From: Helicobacteraceae bacterium
Lineage (GTDB): Bacteria; Campylobacterota; Campylobacteria; Campylobacterales; Sulfurimonadaceae
Assembly (NCBI GenBank): GCA_027859195.1
Contig: JAQIBF010000171.1
Location: 1 to 55,952, forward strand
Length of the DNA stretch: 55,952 bases
Direction of reading: 5' to 3'
Position 1 is the stretch's first letter, and every line of letters starts with the position of its first letter. Below, piece by piece: positions 51,162 to 55,952 of the stretch. Both the position numbers and the translations under genes were made by a program. The notes beneath the pieces were generated by a model that did not search any database, was not told the origin of the DNA, and saw nothing but the letters and a program-made list of their open reading frames with translations.

Positions 51162-51294
51162 GACTTTGTGACGGTTGGGACGTCATTTCGTCTTCTGACA
51201 TAAGTAGAGAAAAACCGCTATAGATAAAATAACCCGATGCAAGGGCACCAAGGAAAACAAGGGCGATACGTTTGATTTTGTCTGATCTATTCAT
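51142..51294 (-). CDS. Small hypothetical single-TM protein (50 aa; not in ORF track)
   Basis: MNRSDKIKRIALVFLGALASGYFIYSGFSLLMSEDEMTSQPSQSPTPLSK*; TATAAT just upstream on the minus strand. Confidence 0.45.
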   Translation of the reverse strand: MNRSDKIKRIALVFLGALASGYFIYSGFSLLMSEDEMTSQPSQSPTPLSK

Positions 51295-51448
51295 AAATGG
51301 ATTATAACAAAAAATTCACACTACCGACCAGCTGCAGTATCCCATTGATACTATGCAGTAACCCGAATGCCTACAATTCTGGAAATACAATTTTATTTAC
51401 TTCGTCTCGATTGTAATCGCACCTTTCAACTGTAACTATCCTAGCGTT

Positions 51449-51556
51449 TCAATGCATACAGTCCACAGTAATGAGAGTAAACCACACAGCAGAGACGACG
51501 ACAGCTACAATGACGAATCTAACAATCGAGTACGGAAAGTTCCCTGATTTAAACAT
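51449..51556 (-). CDS. Small single-TM peptide ending in Cys-Met-His (35 aa; not in ORF track)
   Basis: MFKSGNFPYSIVRFVIVAVVVSAVWFTLITVDCMH*; GAGGA RBS. Confidence 0.45.
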   Translation of the reverse strand: MFKSGNFPYSIVRFVIVAVVVSAVWFTLITVDCMH

Positions 51557-51632
51557 GTGATCTTCCTCTAAACTACCCATAGTATAGAGCATAGTTACAT
51601 TGAGTAAGAAGATCAACTTTATCTACTATTTT

Positions 51633-51663
51633 TAACACTAATGTAACACTCTTTTTTTATACT
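51633..51663 (+). promoter_or_regulatory. Tandem TAACACT repeat (11-bp period) plus TATACT -10 upstream of the TonB receptor
   Basis: taacact at 51633-51639 and 51644-51650, tatact at 51658-51663; OmpR/PhoB-box geometry. Confidence 0.5.
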
Positions 51664-51702
51664 TATTTGAACTAACAGTAGTAATAACTTGGAGAATGAA
51701 TA

Positions 51703-53784
51703 ATGAAAATGAAAAAATTAGTATACCTGTCAATTGCCTGTTCAGCAGTACTCGGCGCAGCTGAGATCGAAATCGATCCTATTTCCGTTGAGAGCACCAC
51801 TCTTGAGGATGTCAGCGGTGAAGAGATTAAATCTGCCGACCTTGCCGAAGCATTGGCTAACAAAGTACCAAGTGTCTCTCTTGTCCGCCGCAGCGGTATT
51901 GCCAACGACATCATCCTTCGCGGGCAGAAAAAAGACAACATCAATGTGCTTATCGATGATGCGAAGATCTACGGGGCTTGTCCTAACCGTATGGACCCGA
52001 CAACCTCACATATTGCTACCAATAATATTGAAAGTATCGAGATCACTGAAGGTCCTTATGATGTTGAAAACTTCGGTACATTAAGCGGTGCTGTCAAGAT
52101 AACGACCAAACAACCTGAAGAGGGTGTCCATGGTGACGTCAATCTCGGTGTTGGAAGCTATGGTTATCAAAAAGCTGCCGGTACGATCACTGGCGGGACA
52201 GAACGTTTCAAACTTCTTCTGAGTATGTCCGGTGAGACGAGTGGCCAGTATAAAGATGGTGACGGCAATACCTTTGCCGAGCAGGTTGACAATTTTGTAG
52301 ACGGAAATCCAGCACTTGGTGGTGTTAGATACCAAGATCAATACAGCGATATGGACGCCTACACTAAACTTACCGGCACGGCCAAAGCCTTTTTCAACAT
52401 TACTGACGATCAAGAACTTCGTCTTGGCTACATGGCAAACCGCAGTGATGACATCATGTATCCAAACAGCAAGATGGACGCACTCTATGATGACTCTAAT
52501 CTCTACACAGCTGAATATATCATCCGTAACATCGGACGTGCTTCTAAAGAGATTGACGTTCAATACTACTACTCGGATGTAGAACACCCTATGTCAACCT
52601 ACTACAGAGTCGCTGCTGACAGTAACACATCTGACGGTGTAGAAGACTCTCTCAACCAGATGACCAGCAAACTGACAACAACAACTCAGGGTGCTAAAAT
52701 AAAAAATGTGGCTGATATTACGGACAACATTGAGTTTACGCTTGGTCTTGATGCAAGCCGACGAAACTGGGACGGTACCTATTTTAACAACGCCGGAGCC
52801 ATACCGAGTAAAGCTGGTGGAGTTAAATACAGTATTACTGATGTTAATACAGATAATATTGCGATTTTCAGTGAGCTTGATAACAATTTCGGGGCATGGA
52901 ACGTAAAGATTGGTCTACGTTATGACGATACAACTATTACGCCCTCAAGTGATCAACAGAGTAATGATTACAGCGCGTTTAGCGCTAACGTCTTCTCCAC
53001 GTACAATGCGACATCCAATCTGCAATTCTTTGGCGGTATAGGTAAAGCATCGCGTGTTCCTGATGCCAGAGAACTTTACTTCTACTCTGCAGGAAATATG
53101 ATGACAACCGGAGAGCAGGTTGAAGTCGGTACACCGGACCTTGATCAGACTACCAACTATGAAGTCGATCTAGGAATGGAAAACAAGTATGAGAGCTTTA
53201 CTTTAAAAACTAAGCTCTTTTACAGCGTCTTGAAAAACTACATCTACTACAACTCAACTGCACCTGTCGTTGACCTGGGTAACATACGTGTACAAAATGC
53301 CTTTGAAAACATTGACGCGACGATTTACGGTTTAGAGATCACAGGTAGCTATTACGCATTAGACAACCTCTATGCCGACTTCGGTATTGCCTACCAGCGT
53401 GGTCAAAAAGACAAAGCCCTAGCCGGTCAGACAAACACCAATCTCGCAGAGATCCCGCCGCTTAAAGGCAATGTTGCTCTTAATTATGTCTATTACCAGG
53501 AAAGTACTGCAACAGTAGAATTTGTCGGTGCAGACACATGGAAAAACTATGATTCAGACAACGGTGAGCAGGAGATCGCGTCATGGGGCATCATGAACCT
53601 GAAGATCGACCACCAATTCCCATATGGCTTTGGTTTGGCTGCCGGTGTTGATAATGTATTAGATAAGACATATGCTGTGTCAAACACCTACAAAGACCTT
53701 ACACTACTGCTTGATGGTTCCGATATTATGATGATGAACGAACCGGGACGTTACTACTACGTCAACGCCAGTTATAAATTCTAA
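51703..53784 (+). CDS. TonB-dependent receptor, OprC/NosA-like copper transporter
   Basis: Plug motif GACPNRMDP (CxxxM), barrel HPM (HxM), EPGR..Y.NASYKF C-terminus. Confidence 0.85.
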   Translation: MKMKKLVYLSIACSAVLGAAEIEIDPISVESTTLEDVSGEEIKSADLAEALANKVPSVSLVRRSGIANDIILRGQKKDNINVLIDDAKIYGACPNRMDPTTSHIATNNIESIEITEGPYDVENFGTLSGAVKITTKQPEEGVHGDVNLGVGSYGYQKAAGTITGGTERFKLLLSMSGETSGQYKDGDGNTFAEQVDNFVDGNPALGGVRYQDQYSDMDAYTKLTGTAKAFFNITDDQELRLGYMANRSDDIMYPNSKMDALYDDSNLYTAEYIIRNIGRASKEIDVQYYYSDVEHPMSTYYRVAADSNTSDGVEDSLNQMTSKLTTTTQGAKIKNVADITDNIEFTLGLDASRRNWDGTYFNNAGAIPSKAGGVKYSITDVNTDNIAIFSELDNNFGAWNVKIGLRYDDTTITPSSDQQSNDYSAFSANVFSTYNATSNLQFFGGIGKASRVPDARELYFYSAGNMMTTGEQVEVGTPDLDQTTNYEVDLGMENKYESFTLKTKLFYSVLKNYIYYNSTAPVVDLGNIRVQNAFENIDATIYGLEITGSYYALDNLYADFGIAYQRGQKDKALAGQTNTNLAEIPPLKGNVALNYVYYQESTATVEFVGADTWKNYDSDNGEQEIASWGIMNLKIDHQFPYGFGLAAGVDNVLDKTYAVSNTYKDLTLLLDGSDIMMMNEPGRYYYVNASYKF

Positions 53785-54374
53785 TCCGCAACCATATTGC
53801 AGTCATACACGGTTTGCCCCTCGGCAAACCACCAGGTCAACGCAAACATCATCCCCGGTGTTTTCACCATCTTTTCATCATATATAAATGCTTTAGCCTC
53901 ATCTATCGGCAGATAGACAACCTCAATCGCCTCGACGTCTATGCCCCCGCCTCCGTGTACCTTGTCCTCTTCATCTACCACCACATAATAAAGCTCTTGT
54001 TTAGCACCTGCAAAACCTACCGCCGTATAAAAAGAGGTGATTTTATTAATCCGCTCTAATGTAACAGCATACCCTGTCTCTTCCTCGACCTCTTCTTGCG
54101 CGATCTTCGTAAGCGGCATCTTTTTATCAACAATCCCGGCGCACAGTTCAAATGTAAAGCCGTCCTGATTTTTCAGGTAGACAGGCGGACGAAACTGTTT
54201 GACCAGGATAAAGGCATCTCTGCCCTTGTGATAGATGAGTACGGCCACGCTGTCATGAACCTGGGCTAAATCCCAACTTCGTTTCTCGCCGCCTTGGGTG
54301 TAATGCATCCGCTCCAACTTGACAAAGGCCGAATCACAGCATGGTTCTAATGAGATATTTTCTATTCTATACAT
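53781..54374 (-). CDS. NUDIX hydrolase (NudK/ADP-ribose pyrophosphatase-like)
   Basis: VKQFRPPV, ELCAGIVDK...AQEEVEEETGY Nudix box. Confidence 0.9.
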   Translation of the reverse strand: MYRIENISLEPCCDSAFVKLERMHYTQGGEKRSWDLAQVHDSVAVLIYHKGRDAFILVKQFRPPVYLKNQDGFTFELCAGIVDKKMPLTKIAQEEVEEETGYAVTLERINKITSFYTAVGFAGAKQELYYVVVDEEDKVHGGGGIDVEAIEVVYLPIDEAKAFIYDEKMVKTPGMMFALTWWFAEGQTVYDCNMVAD

Positions 54375-54441
54375 ACGGTGATTATATCAAAAATGAGGGT
54401 GAATAGATGGCGTAGCTCATCTTCAAACAACCCTTGAACAG

Positions 54442-54552
54442 GAAAAAGTTTTAGATTTGGGACAGGTTGTGCAAAATGTTTAGCCGACTGCGTACATCGG
54501 TACGCCGAGAGCTAAACTTTTGTGCAAGATGCGCCAAAGCTGGAACTTTTTC
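54442..54552. repeat. ~110-bp imperfect palindromic element (MITE/RPE-like)
   Basis: Nested stems gaaaaagtt/aactttttc, tttgg/ccaaa, ttgtgcaaaa/ttttgtgcaa (G-U pairs), gtttagc/gctaaac, gcgtac/gtacgc. Confidence 0.65.
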
Positions 54553-55904
54553 TATTTGACTAGGATTAGGGATGCTAACCCCAGGAAACTTAAAAAGCCA
54601 AAAACATCCGTTGCCGTCGTCAGTATGACTGTCGAGCCGACAGCCGGGTCTATATTTAGACGTTTTAACATCAATGGGATCAATGCACCAAAGGTCCCGG
54701 CAATCAAAAGGTTGATGATCATAGCCAAACCGATGACAAGACCCAATTTAGGAATGTCAAACCACACAAAGGCGACAAGCCCCATCAAAACAGAGAAGAT
54801 CAGACCATTAAGCAGTGAGACAATAAACTCTTTAATAACAGCCTGCTTTGCATTGATGACATCGATATCACCCAGTGCCAGCTTACGTACCATAACAGTC
54901 AAGGTCTGTGTTCCTGCATTGCCACCCATAGAAGCTACGATAGGCATTAGAATAGCCAACGACACAAACGCGGCCAAGGTGGCATCGAACATACTGATAA
55001 CTATTGACGCTAAAATAGCCGTGATCAGATTGATAAAAAGCCAAGAAGCCCTGTTTTTAAAGATCGCTAAAAGGTCCTCTTCTTGTTCTACATCATCATT
55101 TACCCCGGCAAGGTTATAGATCTGTTCCGTTGCTCGTTCTTCGATAACATCATACATATCATCAGAGGTGATACGTCCAACCAAATGTCCTTGACGATCC
55201 ACTAACGGAAGTACAGAGAGGTCAAACTGTTCAAACATAGACGCGACATCTTCTATATCGGCAGAGGCTTCAACATAACGGAATTCTCTAGATTCCAACT
55301 GCTCGCCAAAGGTCTTGTCGAAGTCAAACAGGATTACATCTTCCAGCGGTATCGTTGCAATAAGCCGTCGATCTTCATTGATAATAAAGACTTGATGAAT
55401 ATTTTCTAATTCACCTGAGCTCTTTAGCGCCTTTAAACGGTCGCGTGCAACCTGGATCTTTTCATCCAAGATCGCATCAAAAAGTTCAGTCTGCATCCAA
55501 GCACCTGCTTGGTCCTCTTCATAATGGAGCAGGTGCTCGATCTCTTCACGATCGCCTTCATCAAGGTGCGCAATAACTGCATCGGACTTCTCTTCATCAA
55601 ATTCGTCAATATCTTGGATAAGGTCTGTCGCATCATCCGACTCAAGACCCTCGATTGCTTCAGCCAGCTCTTTTGTCGTGAAAAAGCTGATCGCCTCATC
55701 TCTAAGTTTGTCTGTTAGTTATAGAAGTACATCTCCACGTGCATCTTGTGGAATTCTCGAAAGTGATGAAAAAAACTCATCTTTATCTTCTTTACGAATC
55801 TTTTTAAGAAGATACGCGACCTCACTAGCATGCAGCTCATGCTCTTCGCTGCCTTTTAAGTAAAGTTCAAGTGCTTGTTGCATCTCATTCTCATTATGTT
55901 GCAT
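54552..55904 (-). CDS. mgtE: Magnesium transporter MgtE with in-frame TAA at 55719-55721
   Basis: MgtE-N (LESDDATDL), CBS pair (AGAWMQTE), PIVASMGGNAGTQ, IDPAV..., TATDV. The 55719-55904 ORF is in frame with the 54552-55496 ORF across a single TAA. Confidence 0.88.
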
Positions 55905-55952
55905 TGCAGTCCCCTTCGACTTTTAACTTATCTTGTTTCACATAGCTAAGAC

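Overview
56-kb window of a Campylobacterota chromosome (gene content and sequences look Sulfurovum/Sulfurimonas-like; this assignment is an inference). From about 20 kb onward it is mostly housekeeping: mqnC, nusB-ribH-kdsA, adk, djlA, der, hemJ, trxC, hpf, trpS, argF, hemB, ribA, rsmG, alr and mgtE, plus 12-heme and 5-heme cytochromes c and an OprC-like copper TonB receptor. The first ~14.5 kb is a compositionally mosaic accessory region: two FMN-binding glutamate-synthase-family genes with in-frame stops, a CPA1 antiporter, SRPBCC/START proteins, poxB, a NosP(FIST)-diguanylate cyclase pair and a PAS-PAS-GGDEF gene. The main finding is an intact IS110-family element (19106-20410, CT core on both sides) inserted in a yceI-like pseudogene. 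Its left non-coding end folds into a complete bridge RNA. All four guide segments can be read from the sequence, and they match this element's own target flanks and donor ends. Other observations: a candidate structured leader upstream of der, a cytoplasmic trypsin-protease/YbjN-like gene pair, a tRNA relic, RAYT-like transposase remnants and a long palindromic repeat element. All family assignments come from reading motifs by eye; no searches were run.
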